From an uncultured cyanobacterium (GTDB lineage: Bacteria; Cyanobacteriota; Cyanobacteriia; Cyanobacteriales; Nostocaceae): DNA of 64,000 nucleotides. Each line of letters opens with the position of its first letter. Within the stretch, counting starts at the first letter, position 1. The translations under genes and the position numbers were made by a program. Under the pieces are notes generated by a model that saw nothing but the letters and a program-made list of their open reading frames with translations, did no database searches and was not told where the DNA came from. The stretch is taken from assembly GCA_963740315.1 (NCBI GenBank), contig CAVUDP010000004.1, positions 384,001 through 448,000 of the forward strand, in the 5' to 3' direction. Below, piece by piece: positions 21,993 through 32,020 of the stretch.

Positions 21993-22019
21993 AGCATCGG
22001 TTTGACACATTAAAATTGT

Positions 22020-22107
22020 GGACAAACAGATAAGATGTTGGGTTACGACACGATTTCAAAATTTTCGTTGCAAATCAAATTGGCTTTTCGTGTCTAACCC
22101 AACCTAC
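22020..22107 (+). repeat. Diverged direct copy of right half of REPIN (20928-21015)
   Basis: Shares gatgttgggttacgacacgatttcaaa and tgtctaacccaacctac. Confidence 0.9.
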
Positions 22108-22142
22108 GACTACAACTAAAAATAATAGATTAATTTGACGCT

Positions 22143-23309
22143 ATGGGAAGGAAAAAACGCCGAAAAGCAGCAAATGCTCGAAAAGCCAATCAAAATATCG
22201 TTGAAGGTAGCGGTATTTGTATGGAAATTCGGCAACCTGAAAATATCGCTGTAGCTATTCCAGAAAAAGAAGCTGAAAATATTGCTTCAATCGGACTTGG
22301 TATTAAAATCAAGAGTTTTGTTGATACAGTTTTTTTATTTAAAGATGATGCTTATCTTGTCGAAATAGTCAGAGATGGTGAAATTTTTGAAGCAGAAACT
22401 CATATTAACAAAAATATTCCAAATAATGTAGTTAGTTGGAGATTACTCAAGTCGGGATTTCATGGTGATATAATTTTAGATTTTGTAGCGGAAATTTATT
22501 GGAAAGATAATTTACTTTGTTTGAAGATTTCTACTATTGTACTTAACTATGAAAGATATATTGCATCTGAATCTTGGAATTTTCAAGGATTAAAACCAGG
22601 AATCTATCAATTACGCTTCATTTATCAAAATAAAAATCAGAGTTGCGAACCACCATCATATGTATACGAAGACTTTAGGATAATTGACTGTAAAGAAGCA
22701 GTAGAAATATTTAGAGATACGCTAACGACTGCTAAAGTTAATATTGATTTGCTTCAACCTATAGAATCCAAAAGTGATTCAGTTGAAGTTGACGGTATGG
22801 TATTCAGGAATTTAATTCCTTATACAGAAATTAGCTTACAAAAAACATGGTCTTCAAACGCAAAATTTCATGTCGGTGGAATTCAGATTTTTAACAATAC
22901 ACATAAAGCTTATTACTTCAGTGTTCATTTTACGATTGAGCCACGGATAATTTCAGAAGATGGTGAAGTTGTTTTTGTACGAGAATTAGATAGTGATTGG
23001 TTTCAACTAAGAGAAGAAGATTCTGATATTTTTCTATCAAAACCTAATAAAAATACATTTTTATTTCCCGGTACTTATCTCTATAAAGCTGGTAATAAAC
23101 GCTTTCGATTAGTTTTTTACGCTAATTATGGTGGTGGTTGGTGTTATGAATCGCTTGAGTTAAACAAAACTTACAAAATTAATTTTACTTATACAAATAG
23201 CAGCCCTTCAAGTAAAAATTTAGGCATAGGAACCGATGAAAATGATGAAATCTTGTTTTGGACGGGAAAAGTGAGTACGCCTTTTGTTGAGTTTCGTTTG
23301 GTGATCTAG
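22143..23309 (+). CDS. Hypothetical protein with apparent internal domain duplication
   Basis: WNFQGLKPGIYQLRFIYQN versus WCYESLELNKTYKINFTYTN. Confidence 0.7.
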   Translation: MGRKKRRKAANARKANQNIVEGSGICMEIRQPENIAVAIPEKEAENIASIGLGIKIKSFVDTVFLFKDDAYLVEIVRDGEIFEAETHINKNIPNNVVSWRLLKSGFHGDIILDFVAEIYWKDNLLCLKISTIVLNYERYIASESWNFQGLKPGIYQLRFIYQNKNQSCEPPSYVYEDFRIIDCKEAVEIFRDTLTTAKVNIDLLQPIESKSDSVEVDGMVFRNLIPYTEISLQKTWSSNAKFHVGGIQIFNNTHKAYYFSVHFTIEPRIISEDGEVVFVRELDSDWFQLREEDSDIFLSKPNKNTFLFPGTYLYKAGNKRFRLVFYANYGGGWCYESLELNKTYKINFTYTNSSPSSKNLGIGTDENDEILFWTGKVSTPFVEFRLVI

Positions 23310-23342
23310 ATTTATTTTTTAGTTTCAATTTCTCTTGTTCTT

Positions 23343-23449
23343 TCGTTACAAGACTCTGGCTTGTAATGCATTTCTTGGAGGCTCTGCCTCCGGTATAAAA
23401 CGAGGCAGAGCCTCTTGATATGGATTCCCAGCCGGAGTCTGGGAACCAG
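23343..23449. mobile_element. MITE-like multi-hairpin repeat
   Basis: gaggctctgcctc/gaggcagagcctc and ttcccag/ctgggaa hairpins; second copy at 40965-41075. Confidence 0.8.
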
Positions 23450-23463
23450 TTATTACCAATTAT

Positions 23464-24261
23464 CTAAATACTTGCAACTGAACCACCATCAACGCGATAA
23501 TTCGCACCTAATACAAAACTTGCTTGCTGGGAACATAAAAAGGCAATTACTGCGGCTACTTCTTGGGCTTTTCCACGACGGTTTAATTCCAAATTAGGAC
23601 GCTCTTTTTTTAGAAATTGAGAAATCGCTTCTTCAAAACTAATCCCTTTTTCTTCTGCTTGCTTTTTCATCATCGCGTCTGTCATGGGAGTGGCGATAAA
23701 TGCGGGTGAAACTGAATTTATCAATACGCCATCTTTACCGTAAGCTTTTGATAATCCTTTGGCTAAGTTGAGTACTCCGGCTTTTGCTGCACAGTAAGGT
23801 AATTCGTCTGCATAAGGTTGTAAAGCATCTTCGGAACTTATTAAAACTACTCTTCCCCAACCGGATTCGCGCATCGATGGAATGAAAGCACGACAAACCC
23901 GCACTGCTGACATTAAATCGACTTCGATCGCTTCGTGCCAATCTTCATCGGATATTTCTAAAAAATCCCCCGTTGCTCCAGTGATTCCGGCTGCGTTAAC
24001 TAAAATATCAACTTTACCAAAACGTTCTAAAATTTGAGTCTTAGCTTTTTCTACTTGTTCAAGTTCTCTTAAATCTGCTTGAAAACCCGCTACTTCGCCA
24101 ATTTTCCCAACTTCTTCAGCGGCTTGCTTTAACTTATCGTCAGTTTTATCAATTAAAGCAACTTTTACACCTTCAGCAGTCAACAATTTCGCCGTTGCAA
24201 TACCAATACCCGAATCACCACCAGTGATGACAGCAACTTTATCTTTAATATTAAAATCCAT
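23464..24261 (-). CDS. SDR family oxidoreductase
   Basis: TGGDSGIG, LVNAAG, YCAAK. Confidence 0.95.
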   Translation of the reverse strand: MDFNIKDKVAVITGGDSGIGIATAKLLTAEGVKVALIDKTDDKLKQAAEEVGKIGEVAGFQADLRELEQVEKAKTQILERFGKVDILVNAAGITGATGDFLEISDEDWHEAIEVDLMSAVRVCRAFIPSMRESGWGRVVLISSEDALQPYADELPYCAAKAGVLNLAKGLSKAYGKDGVLINSVSPAFIATPMTDAMMKKQAEEKGISFEEAISQFLKKERPNLELNRRGKAQEVAAVIAFLCSQQASFVLGANYRVDGGSVASI

Positions 24262-24441
24262 AATTCAGTTAACAGTGAGCAGTGAGCAGTGAACAGTTAA
24301 TTTATGACTATTAACTGATGACTGTTTGAAGTTTATTTCACGGTTTTGGTATTTTTATCGCTCTGGGGTTTTATTTTTTAGGTATTAAGGAAGAAATATT
24401 TACATCACTTTTGGTGGTTGAATTTTTAGCGTGATTAACCT

Positions 24442-24963
24442 TCAATTACCAAATTCCCGACGGGCTTTTTCCATCACTTCCCGAACATAATCGCTTTTTC
24501 CTTGAGTATAAGCTTCGCGATCGCAACGAAACCGTGCTGCTAAATCCCGCTTTAATTTTTCATATCGCCGCGCTTCTTGTGGATGTATTCTTAAATAATC
24601 TCTAAATAATCGACGCTGCCAAAACTCACCATCAATTTCCACTACATGAACGTGATGCGATCGCTTTTCCCCGTATGGTGGCATTCCTTTTACAAAAAAC
24701 ATCTTTTCGGGATCGGGATTTTCTGCCCAATATACATATCCCAAATCTTCGAGAGGTTTAATAGTGCTTTTCCCATCCGATAAATTACGCAATCCAACCA
24801 TAATATCGATAACTGGTTTCGCCGCTAATCCCGGTACCGCAGTCGAACCAATATGTTCAACCACAATTAAATCTTTCCCCAGCGCCGTGCGAATCGATTC
24901 GGCTTCTTGCTCGAACATATTCGCCCAATTTGGGTCATAATTCACTATCACTATTTCATCCAT
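24442..24963 (-). CDS. GrpB family protein
   Basis: EHIGSTAVPGLAAKPVIDI, FRDYLR, YTQGK; start placed at ATG 24963 because the longer ORF reads through a REPIN. Confidence 0.9.
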   Translation of the reverse strand: MDEIVIVNYDPNWANMFEQEAESIRTALGKDLIVVEHIGSTAVPGLAAKPVIDIMVGLRNLSDGKSTIKPLEDLGYVYWAENPDPEKMFFVKGMPPYGEKRSHHVHVVEIDGEFWQRRLFRDYLRIHPQEARRYEKLKRDLAARFRCDREAYTQGKSDYVREVMEKARREFGN

Positions 24964-24970
24964 ATAATAA

Positions 24971-25103
24971 GTAGGGTGTGTTGTGAGGGGCAAACGCACC
25001 ATCCTGCTTCGGATACAACCCAATATTAGAATGGTGCGTTAGGCGCGAAAAATGTATATTTTGTCATAATCATGATTTTCTGTCGCGCCATAACACACCC
25101 TAC
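24971..25103. mobile_element. REPIN-like element (GTAGGGTGTGTT family)
   Basis: gtagggtgtgtt..aacgcacc..ggtgcgtt..aacacaccctac; partial relatives near 11250, 16206, 29440 and 29572. Confidence 0.8.
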
Positions 25104-25174
25104 AAAAAATTGCGGCAGATTGCTAATTACCATTTATAATATGGGATTGTGTCTATGTGTAGAAACATAAAAAT

Positions 25175-25381
25175 ATGCCTAAACTAAAATCTCGTAAAGC
25201 TGCTGCGAAACGGTTTCGTGCCACTGGTACAGGTAAAATCGTTCGTCGTAAAGCTTTCAAAAACCATATTCTAGAAAAGAAGACTACCGATAAAAAGCGC
25301 GGGCTATCCAAAGCGGTAATCGTTGACGAAAGCGATGTCGAGAATGTACGCGGTATGCTTCCATATCTGCCAAGAAAGTAA
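25175..25381 (+). CDS. rpmI: 50S ribosomal protein L35
   Basis: [14 protein letters not shown]; upstream of rplT. Confidence 0.98.
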   Translation: MPKLKSRKAAAKRFRATGTGKIVRRKAFKNHILEKKTTDKKRGLSKAVIVDESDVENVRGMLPYLPRK

Positions 25382-25432
25382 AACGCAGGTAGATTATTCA
25401 GAAATATTCGGAAATTATTAGGAAATTAAACT

Positions 25433-25786
25433 ATGTCCAGAGTCAAGCGCGGTAATGTTGCTCGCAAACGCCGCAAAAAAATCCTCAAACTAGCAAAAGG
25501 CTATCGCGGTTCTCATTCTACCTTGTTTAGAACGGCTAACCAACAGGTAATGAAAGCACTGCGATCGGCTTATCGCGATCGCAAAAAACGCAAGCGCGAT
25601 TTCCGCCGTCTGTGGATTACTCGTATCAACGCTGCCTGTCGTCAACACGGCATGAGTTACAGCAAATTCATGGGTAATCTGAAGAAATCCAACATTGAAA
25701 TTAATCGAAAAATGTTGTCTCAAATGGCGATTTTAGATCCTGCTGGTTTTAGCAAAGTTGCCGAAATTGTTAGTCAAGCTAAATAA
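25433..25786 (+). CDS. rplT: 50S ribosomal protein L20
   Basis: [19 protein letters not shown]. Confidence 0.98.
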   Translation: MSRVKRGNVARKRRKKILKLAKGYRGSHSTLFRTANQQVMKALRSAYRDRKKRKRDFRRLWITRINAACRQHGMSYSKFMGNLKKSNIEINRKMLSQMAILDPAGFSKVAEIVSQAK

Positions 25787-25798
25787 ATGGGTAAAAAA

Positions 25799-25849
25799 GT
25801 TCGTAGTAGAGTTTTAATTATGTTGAGGATTAAAATCCTCACTACGAAC
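25799..25849. repeat. REP-like hairpin gttcgtagt..actacgaac
   Basis: Terminal 9-bp inverted repeat; relative at 41113-41168. Confidence 0.65.
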
Positions 25850-25886
25850 CGTCACGGATGTAACTGGTGTTGCAAAGGATGATTTA

Positions 25887-26759
25887 TTGGTGAAATTACG
25901 GTTAATTCATCGGCAGAATCGGCAATACAATCCGCAGCGGAAGTTACATCTGCTACTATCCGCTGCAATATGTCTAAGTTTGTTCCTCAATGTTGGAACA
26001 TCACCCGTATTTGCCGCATCCTTAAAAGAAATTCAGCAGCGCGGCTATATTACTGTTGCAGTCAAAGATAATTTACCGCCTTTAGCATTTCGAGACGAAA
26101 GCGGTAATTTACAAGGATTAGAAATCGAATTAGCGCAACGGTTAGCACAAGACTTATTAGCAAAACCAGACGCAAGTAATTCAGATAAATTAGATAAATT
26201 AGTTAAATTTCAACCCGTCACCAACTTACAGCGACTCAAAGTAGTTGAAAAAGGTGAAGTTGATATGGCGATCGCGAAAGTAACGGCAACTTATTCGCGG
26301 GAACGCATCGTAAATTTCAGCATTCCTTACTACTTCGATGGCGGAGTTTTAGCAGTAAAAGACACATCATTTCAAAAGTTAACCGACTTACAAAATAGTA
26401 AAATAGCCGTCCTCAAAAACTCCAGCACCATTGCCCCGCTAAGATATTACCTCCCCGAAGCCGATTTAATAGGAGTTAAATCCTACTTAGAAGGGCAAAG
26501 ATTAATTGAGAACAATCAAGTTGCAGCGATCGCCGCCGATATCACCAGCCTCAGCAACTGGATCAAACAAAACCCTCAATATAGACTACTATCAACCAAA
26601 ATATCAACACAACCCTTGTCAGTAGTCATGCCCAAAGGATTGCAATACGACGAACTACGACGGCAAGTAAGCCAACTAATCGGCAGTTATTTAGAAAGCG
26701 GATGGTTGAAACAACGTGCTGAATATTGGGGTTTGCCTAATAGTTCGCAACTATCATAG
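25887..26759 (+). CDS. Amino-acid ABC transporter substrate-binding protein (family 3)
   Basis: VAVKDNLPPLAF, GLEIELA, FSIPYY; true start uncertain. Confidence 0.85.
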   Translation: MVKLRLIHRQNRQYNPQRKLHLLLSAAICLSLFLNVGTSPVFAASLKEIQQRGYITVAVKDNLPPLAFRDESGNLQGLEIELAQRLAQDLLAKPDASNSDKLDKLVKFQPVTNLQRLKVVEKGEVDMAIAKVTATYSRERIVNFSIPYYFDGGVLAVKDTSFQKLTDLQNSKIAVLKNSSTIAPLRYYLPEADLIGVKSYLEGQRLIENNQVAAIAADITSLSNWIKQNPQYRLLSTKISTQPLSVVMPKGLQYDELRRQVSQLIGSYLESGWLKQRAEYWGLPNSSQLS

Positions 26760-26943
26760 ACTGGCTTAAACCGCCTTGGAATTGATTTCAAGGCGGATTT
26801 TGGGGCAAGTTGCTCATGGTGCAAGATGTAAGTTTCAACCCACTTAGTATATGCAGTCTTGAAATTGATTTCCGAACAGAAAGTAAAGCAAAATTTTAGC
26901 AATTCGTAATTTTTTATGACGAGCAATTCTAGTATCCTAATTA

Positions 26944-27076
26944 TTAAGTACTTAGGTAAAATTAATTGTGCATTTGTCCGAAGCGAGTGGAACGAAGTAA
27001 CTTAGGCAATCTCAAAGTGTTGCGAAAGATCCGCTGTCGCTCGCAATGACACAAATAATTTTGCACACCCACTTAA
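26944..27076. repeat. Degenerate REP/MITE (gcgag..gcaatctc..ctcgcaatgaca)
   Basis: Imperfect terminal inverted repeats ttaagt..aaaatta / taatttt..acttaa. Confidence 0.45.
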
Positions 27077-27147
27077 CTCCTAATAACTGGTCACTGCTAA
27101 CTGGTAACTGGTCACTGTTAACTGTTCACTGTTCACTGAAAACTAAT

Positions 27148-27690
27148 ATGAATAACGATTTAGCAACTATTTATCTAGCTATTTTAGTCGGCATCCTGTT
27201 TATCGCAGCTATAAGCGTTTTTCGTCAAATTTTTAAATCTCGCAAACAGGAAGGTTCTTTTTCTAAATTGCGCTCTAAATTAACAAAAGAACAGGGTACG
27301 GTTGAAGAATATTACAAATTAGGTAGTATTTATTCCCAGAAAAAGCTGTTTACTCAAGCAATGAGCCTGTTTCAAAAAGCAATCAAAGCAGCACAAGAAT
27401 TAGAAGAAACAGATGCTCAAACCGAAGATTATGTAACCTTGTCTCACAACGGTTTGGGTTATGCTTATTTTGTTCAAGAACAGTACGACTTAGCAATTCG
27501 TAATTATAAAGAAGCCTTAAAAAGACAGCCGGATTACGTAACCGCGCTTAATAATTTAGGTCATGCTTACGAACGTAAAAAGTTGAATGCTCAAGCTTTG
27601 GAAAATTACGAAAAAGCATTAGAAATTGAGCCTAAAAATGCTGTAGCTAAACGTCGCGCTGAATCTTTAAGAAGGTTGGTTGCGGCTTAG
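27148..27690 (+). CDS. ycf37: TPR protein, Ycf37-like photosystem I assembly factor
   Basis: N-terminal TM, TPRs, YVTALNNLGHAYE, AKRRAESL; start placed at ATG 27148. Confidence 0.75.
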   Translation: MNNDLATIYLAILVGILFIAAISVFRQIFKSRKQEGSFSKLRSKLTKEQGTVEEYYKLGSIYSQKKLFTQAMSLFQKAIKAAQELEETDAQTEDYVTLSHNGLGYAYFVQEQYDLAIRNYKEALKRQPDYVTALNNLGHAYERKKLNAQALENYEKALEIEPKNAVAKRRAESLRRLVAA

Positions 27691-27715
27691 GGCATGGGGC
27701 ATTGGGTGTTTTCCC

Positions 27716-27852
27716 GCATCGCCGTTACCCTCGAAGCATCGCCGACACCCTCGAAGGGTGCGGCTACAGCTACGAAGCCCACCTGCGCGGACTATTTAGC
27801 CCACGCAGGTGGGCTTTGTAATTTTAGCCCCACGCTTCTAGGGTGAGGGCTG
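27716..27852. repeat. REP/MITE-like element with short tandem duplication
   Basis: gcatcgccgNNaccctcgaa twice; aagcccacctgcg..cgcaggtgggctt inverted pair. Confidence 0.7.
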
Positions 27853-27871
27853 CTAACATTTAGTTTAATAA

Positions 27872-28510
27872 TCAACCAATCAAATCAAGCCCTGGATTAT
27901 ATTTTTGAAAAATCGGTAGCATTTTCTCTTCATCTCCATTCAAATAATATTCTTGCTCTTTATCTAAATAATGGGCACCTGTTTCTAAATATTCGGCAAG
28001 AGTTTGCATCATTGTAGTTAGATTTCGATATATTAAACTTAATTCTAATTCGTCAGCTTTGTCTATAATCGGAGAATGACACTGTTGCTCTTTAGTTAAA
28101 AAAACATTACAAAAAGAGCAATTGGAACGAGAAAATGGAAATAAATATTTTTGCTCGCTGTATAAATTAACTTGATTTGCATCTAATAATTCAAAAATAT
28201 TTCGGTAATCTTCTTCATCGAAAATGTTTAATTGATTCTCAACAAAATCCTCATAATATTCCATAGCTTCATCTAAAGGCATAAATTCCATTGAAGGATA
28301 AACGACAGATTTTAAATCTTCGCCACCTTCTACACCATTTCGCCAACGATATAATTCATAAATTTCTTCAGGTAATTCTAATTCAACGTTAGCTAATTTT
28401 TCCCGAATTTCTGCATCACTTAAACCAGGTAAAAAAGACGCTGCATAATCTGGTCTATTTTCCTCCAACCATCCCATGATTTGGTTAAGATAATCAGTTA
28501 AAACCGACAT
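27872..28510 (-). CDS. SMI1/KNR4 family (immunity-like) protein
   Basis: FLPGLS..EI, LPEEIYELYRWRNG, FMPLDEA. Confidence 0.85.
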   Translation of the reverse strand: MSVLTDYLNQIMGWLEENRPDYAASFLPGLSDAEIREKLANVELELPEEIYELYRWRNGVEGGEDLKSVVYPSMEFMPLDEAMEYYEDFVENQLNIFDEEDYRNIFELLDANQVNLYSEQKYLFPFSRSNCSFCNVFLTKEQQCHSPIIDKADELELSLIYRNLTTMMQTLAEYLETGAHYLDKEQEYYLNGDEEKMLPIFQKYNPGLDLIG

Positions 28511-28544
28511 AATTTTATTTTTAATTTTTCAATATCCTAAAATA

Positions 28545-28880
28545 CTAACTCACAGCATATTCGGTAAACTTACGCATAAACGGAGACTGAAACCCTAAAA
28601 CAATATCTTCCTTGGGAACTCCCAAATCAACCAAATCTGCTGCAATATCATCTTCCGTACCGTTCCATTGCAGCCAAATTTTTTCACCTTTAATATCTAT
28701 GTGAATAATACAAGAATGCGTCCAATTATCACCTTCCCAGCCTACATAAACAATTTGATAATGGTCGCGTTGTGTATCAAAAATTGTTTGAACTTCAATA
28801 TCCCCATAGGCTGATTTATGTTTACCGTGTTCAAGTAATATTTGCTGTACTAATTGACGGTATTTTGTTAATTTCTCCAT
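28545..28880 (-). CDS. xisI: XisI family protein
   Basis: FDTQRDHYQ, HIDIKGEKIWLQ, GVPKEDIVLGF. Confidence 0.93.
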   Translation of the reverse strand: MEKLTKYRQLVQQILLEHGKHKSAYGDIEVQTIFDTQRDHYQIVYVGWEGDNWTHSCIIHIDIKGEKIWLQWNGTEDDIAADLVDLGVPKEDIVLGFQSPFMRKFTEYAVS

Positions 28881-29287
28881 TCAACAATCTCCTCACGTTC
28901 TATATCATAAACAATTATCTTAACTTTATTTTCTTGTATCATCTCTTTGGGAAAATCAAGTTGAAAAAACGTTTTATAAGTGATTAAAGGAACTGCTAAA
29001 TACAAAATGCGTTCCGGCTCTCGTCGCCTTAAAGCACCTCTATAATTAATAAACTGACCCAAAGCAGTATGAAATTCGGAGATTGCAGATGACTTTTCTA
29101 AAAAGCTTTTGACTTCTACAGCAATTTTTTTTCCTTCTCGTTCTGCTGCAATGAGCTTTTCTGCTGCCAAGTCAATTGACATACTCACACCACCTAAGTT
29201 AAATGAAAGTGGGTCGTGAGTTATCTGCCAAGCATCTTTTTGTAAAGCTTTCTTAACAACTTCGTGAAAGGCATCTCTGGCAGACAT
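28868..29287 (-). CDS. xisH: XisH family protein
   Basis: MSARDAFH, WQITHDP, IAVEVKSF, FHTALGQFINY. Confidence 0.93.
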   Translation of the reverse strand: MSARDAFHEVVKKALQKDAWQITHDPLSFNLGGVSMSIDLAAEKLIAAEREGKKIAVEVKSFLEKSSAISEFHTALGQFINYRGALRRREPERILYLAVPLITYKTFFQLDFPKEMIQENKVKIIVYDIEREEIVEWRN

Positions 29288-29410
29288 AAATATTTATTCT
29301 AGTACTTTTTACTTGTATACTATCTCAGTTGACCAGTATCTTAAAGGCTTTTCTCAAAATGTAGAATTAACGCAAAAACTCTCTACTACTTCTTCCCTCT
29401 GCGTTCTCCG

Positions 29411-29677
29411 CGTCTAATAAGGTTTATTATTCCGGAAATGGTGCGTTACGGCATTTTCAAAATGGTAAGTTTAACCGCAACATATTAGAGCCGTAACACA
29501 CCCTACAAAAATTGAACCATCGTTAAAGTTTATTTACAAAAACGTCTAATAAGGTTTTATATTCCGGCAATGGTGCGTTACGGCATTTCCAAAATGGTAA
29601 GTTTAACCGCAACATATTAAAGCCATAACACACCCTACAAAAGATGAACCAAACTTAAAATTTATTTACAAAAACGT
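29411..29677. repeat. 132-bp tandem duplication, each copy with a REP half
   Basis: Copies start at 29411 and 29543 (cgtctaataagg); scattered mismatches. Confidence 0.9.
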
Positions 29678-29862
29678 TACTTAACTTACCGTCATTGCCT
29701 TTAAAATCCCCAATTGTTAGGAAAATTAACCGTTAAATCAACTTCTATTAACTTCGCTTCATCATAAGTACTTATTTTGCGACAATTAAGAACGTTGATA
29801 AATTAAAGCACTTATAGTCCGATCGCCGGACAATATTTTCTATAAAACGGAGAACACTTGGA

Positions 29863-31389
29863 ATGAAGTTAGCTTACTGGATGTATGCTGGTCCCGCTCA
29901 CATTGGTACTTTGCGGGTTGCCACGTCTTTTAAAAACGTTCACGCTATTATGCACGCTCCGATTGGCGATGATTATTTTAATGTGATGCGATCGATGTTG
30001 GAACGCGAACGGAATTTTACTCCAGTAACCACTAGTGTTGTTGACCGTAATGTTCTTGCTCGCGGTTCTCAAGAAAAAGTAGTGGATAACATTACCCGCA
30101 AAGACTCTGAGGAACATCCCGATTTAATCGTATTGACTCCGACTTGCACTTCCAGCATTCTCCAAGAAGATTTAGAAAATTTTGTGGAAAGGGCGCAAAT
30201 GGATGCTAAATGCGATGTGATGCTGGCTGATGTCAATCACTATCGTGTCAACGAGTTGGAAGCTGCCGATCGCACTTTGCATCAAGTTGTCAAATACTAC
30301 ATTGAAAAAGCACGTAAAAAAGACGAACTTCCTACTAGTAAGACTGAAAAACCTTCTGTAAATATTATCGGTATTTCAACTTTGGGTTTTCATAACCTGC
30401 ACGATTGCACCGAGTTGAAGAAATTGATGAACGATTTGGGTGTTGAAATTAACGCAGTTATCCCCGAAGGTGCTTCAGTTCACGAATTGAAGAACTTACC
30501 CCGCGCTTGGTTTAACTTAGTACCTTACCGCGAACTTGGCATGATGTCAGCCAAGTATTTAGAAGCCGAATTTGGAACGCCTTACGTTGATATTGCTCCA
30601 ATGGGTGTAGTAGAAACTGCTCGCTGTATCCGTAAAATTCAGCAGGTAATCAATCAACAAGGTGCAGAAGTAGATTACGAAGAATTCATCAAAGAGCAAA
30701 CCCTGCACGTATCTCAAGCTGCATGGTTCTCTCGTTCGATTGACTGTCAGAACTTGACGGGGAAAAAAGCCGTTGTATTTGGCGACAACACCCACGCAGC
30801 CGCGATGACCAAAATTTTAGCGCGGGAAATGGGAATTCACGTAGTTTGGGCTGGCACATACTGTAAATACGATGCAGACTGGTTCCGCGAGCAAGTTAGC
30901 GAATACTGCGACGAAGTACTGATTACCGACAATCATGGTGAAATTGGAGATGCGATCGCCAGAGTTGAACCTTCAGCAATTTTCGGTACGCAAATGGAGC
31001 GTCACGTAGGTAAGCGCTTGAATATTCCTTGCGGTGTAATAGCTGCACCGATTCACATTCAGAATTTCCCTATCGGTTATAAGCCTTTCATGGGCTATGA
31101 AGGAACTAACCAAATCGCCGACTTAGTATATAATTCCTTCACCTTGGGAATGGAAGATCACCTATTAGAAATCTTCGGTGGACACGATACCAAAGAAGTA
31201 ATTACCAAAGGAATTTCTGCCGACTCCGACTTAGGTTGGACAAAAGAAGGATTAGCAGAATTGAACAAAATACCTGGATTTGTACGCGGAAAAGTGAAGC
31301 GAAATACCGAGAAATTTGCACGAGAAAGAGGTGTTAAAGATATTAACGTTGAGGTATTGTATGCAGCGAAAGAATCAGTTGGTGCTTAA
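29863..31389 (+). CDS. chlB: Light-independent protochlorophyllide reductase subunit B
   Basis: [27 protein letters not shown]-terminal PCP_red domain. Confidence 0.98.
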   Translation: MKLAYWMYAGPAHIGTLRVATSFKNVHAIMHAPIGDDYFNVMRSMLERERNFTPVTTSVVDRNVLARGSQEKVVDNITRKDSEEHPDLIVLTPTCTSSILQEDLENFVERAQMDAKCDVMLADVNHYRVNELEAADRTLHQVVKYYIEKARKKDELPTSKTEKPSVNIIGISTLGFHNLHDCTELKKLMNDLGVEINAVIPEGASVHELKNLPRAWFNLVPYRELGMMSAKYLEAEFGTPYVDIAPMGVVETARCIRKIQQVINQQGAEVDYEEFIKEQTLHVSQAAWFSRSIDCQNLTGKKAVVFGDNTHAAAMTKILAREMGIHVVWAGTYCKYDADWFREQVSEYCDEVLITDNHGEIGDAIARVEPSAIFGTQMERHVGKRLNIPCGVIAAPIHIQNFPIGYKPFMGYEGTNQIADLVYNSFTLGMEDHLLEIFGGHDTKEVITKGISADSDLGWTKEGLAELNKIPGFVRGKVKRNTEKFARERGVKDINVEVLYAAKESVGA

Positions 31390-31428
31390 CTAATTGGATT
31401 TGACGTTAATACAAAAGTTAGTTTAATT

Positions 31429-31464
31429 AAAAGCTTCTCGTTATTTTTTGACGGGAGGCTTTTA
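31429..31464 (+). terminator. Probable intrinsic terminator of chlB
   Basis: aaaagcttctcgt..acgggaggctttt hairpin. Confidence 0.65.
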
Positions 31465-31469
31465 TTATA

Positions 31470-31750
31470 TTTATTTAATCGTAGTGCGTTAGCGCAGCGT
31501 GTCCGTAAGGACAAGCATCTTGCTCGTTAGAACATCTGTAGATTCATTTAATCGTAGTGCGAGCAAGATGCTCGCTAGAATATCGATACATTTATTTAAT
31601 CGTAGTGCGAGCAAGATGCTCGCTAGAACATCAATACATTTATTTAATCGTAGTGCGTTAGCGCAGCGTGTCCGTAAGGACAAGCATCTTGCTCGCTAGA
31701 ATATCTGTAGATTCATTTAACCGTAGTGCGAGCATCTTGCTCGCTAGAAT
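31470..31750. repeat. Five-unit REP array, period 48 or 73 bp
   Basis: gtagtgcg starts at 31481, 31554, 31602, 31650, 31723. Confidence 0.92.
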
Positions 31751-31795
31751 ATAATAATAAAGAGCAAGAAAATGTGATATGAAGTGGAGAAATAA

Positions 31796-32020
31796 ATGAT
31801 AAGCGAATCAGCATCTTTACAAACAGCAATTGAATATGTTGAAGCACTATCCACAGAAGAACAAGATATGTTATTTGAACTTATCAAAAAAAGACGTATT
31901 GAAAAACGACGTGAAGAAATTGCAGCAAGTGCAACTGAGACTTTAAAAGAATGGAAATCAGGTAAAGCCAAACGCGGTAAGTTTTCAGATTTAAAAGCCG
32001 ATTTATTAGATGAAGAATGA
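31796..32020 (+). CDS. Putative type II antitoxin
   Basis: 74 aa; ATGA overlap with downstream toxin. Confidence 0.7.
   Translation: MISESASLQTAIEYVEALSTEEQDMLFELIKKRRIEKRREEIAASATETLKEWKSGKAKRGKFSDLKADLLDEE

Noticed and set aside
28545..29287. fdxN-type excision element
   Set aside because: No XisF-like recombinase and no interrupted gene nearby.
31489..31699. Two short ORFs over the REP array
   Set aside because: Repeat-derived with no coding features.
31470..31750. CRISPR array
   Set aside because: Spacer-like parts are near-identical and too short; units are REP hairpins.
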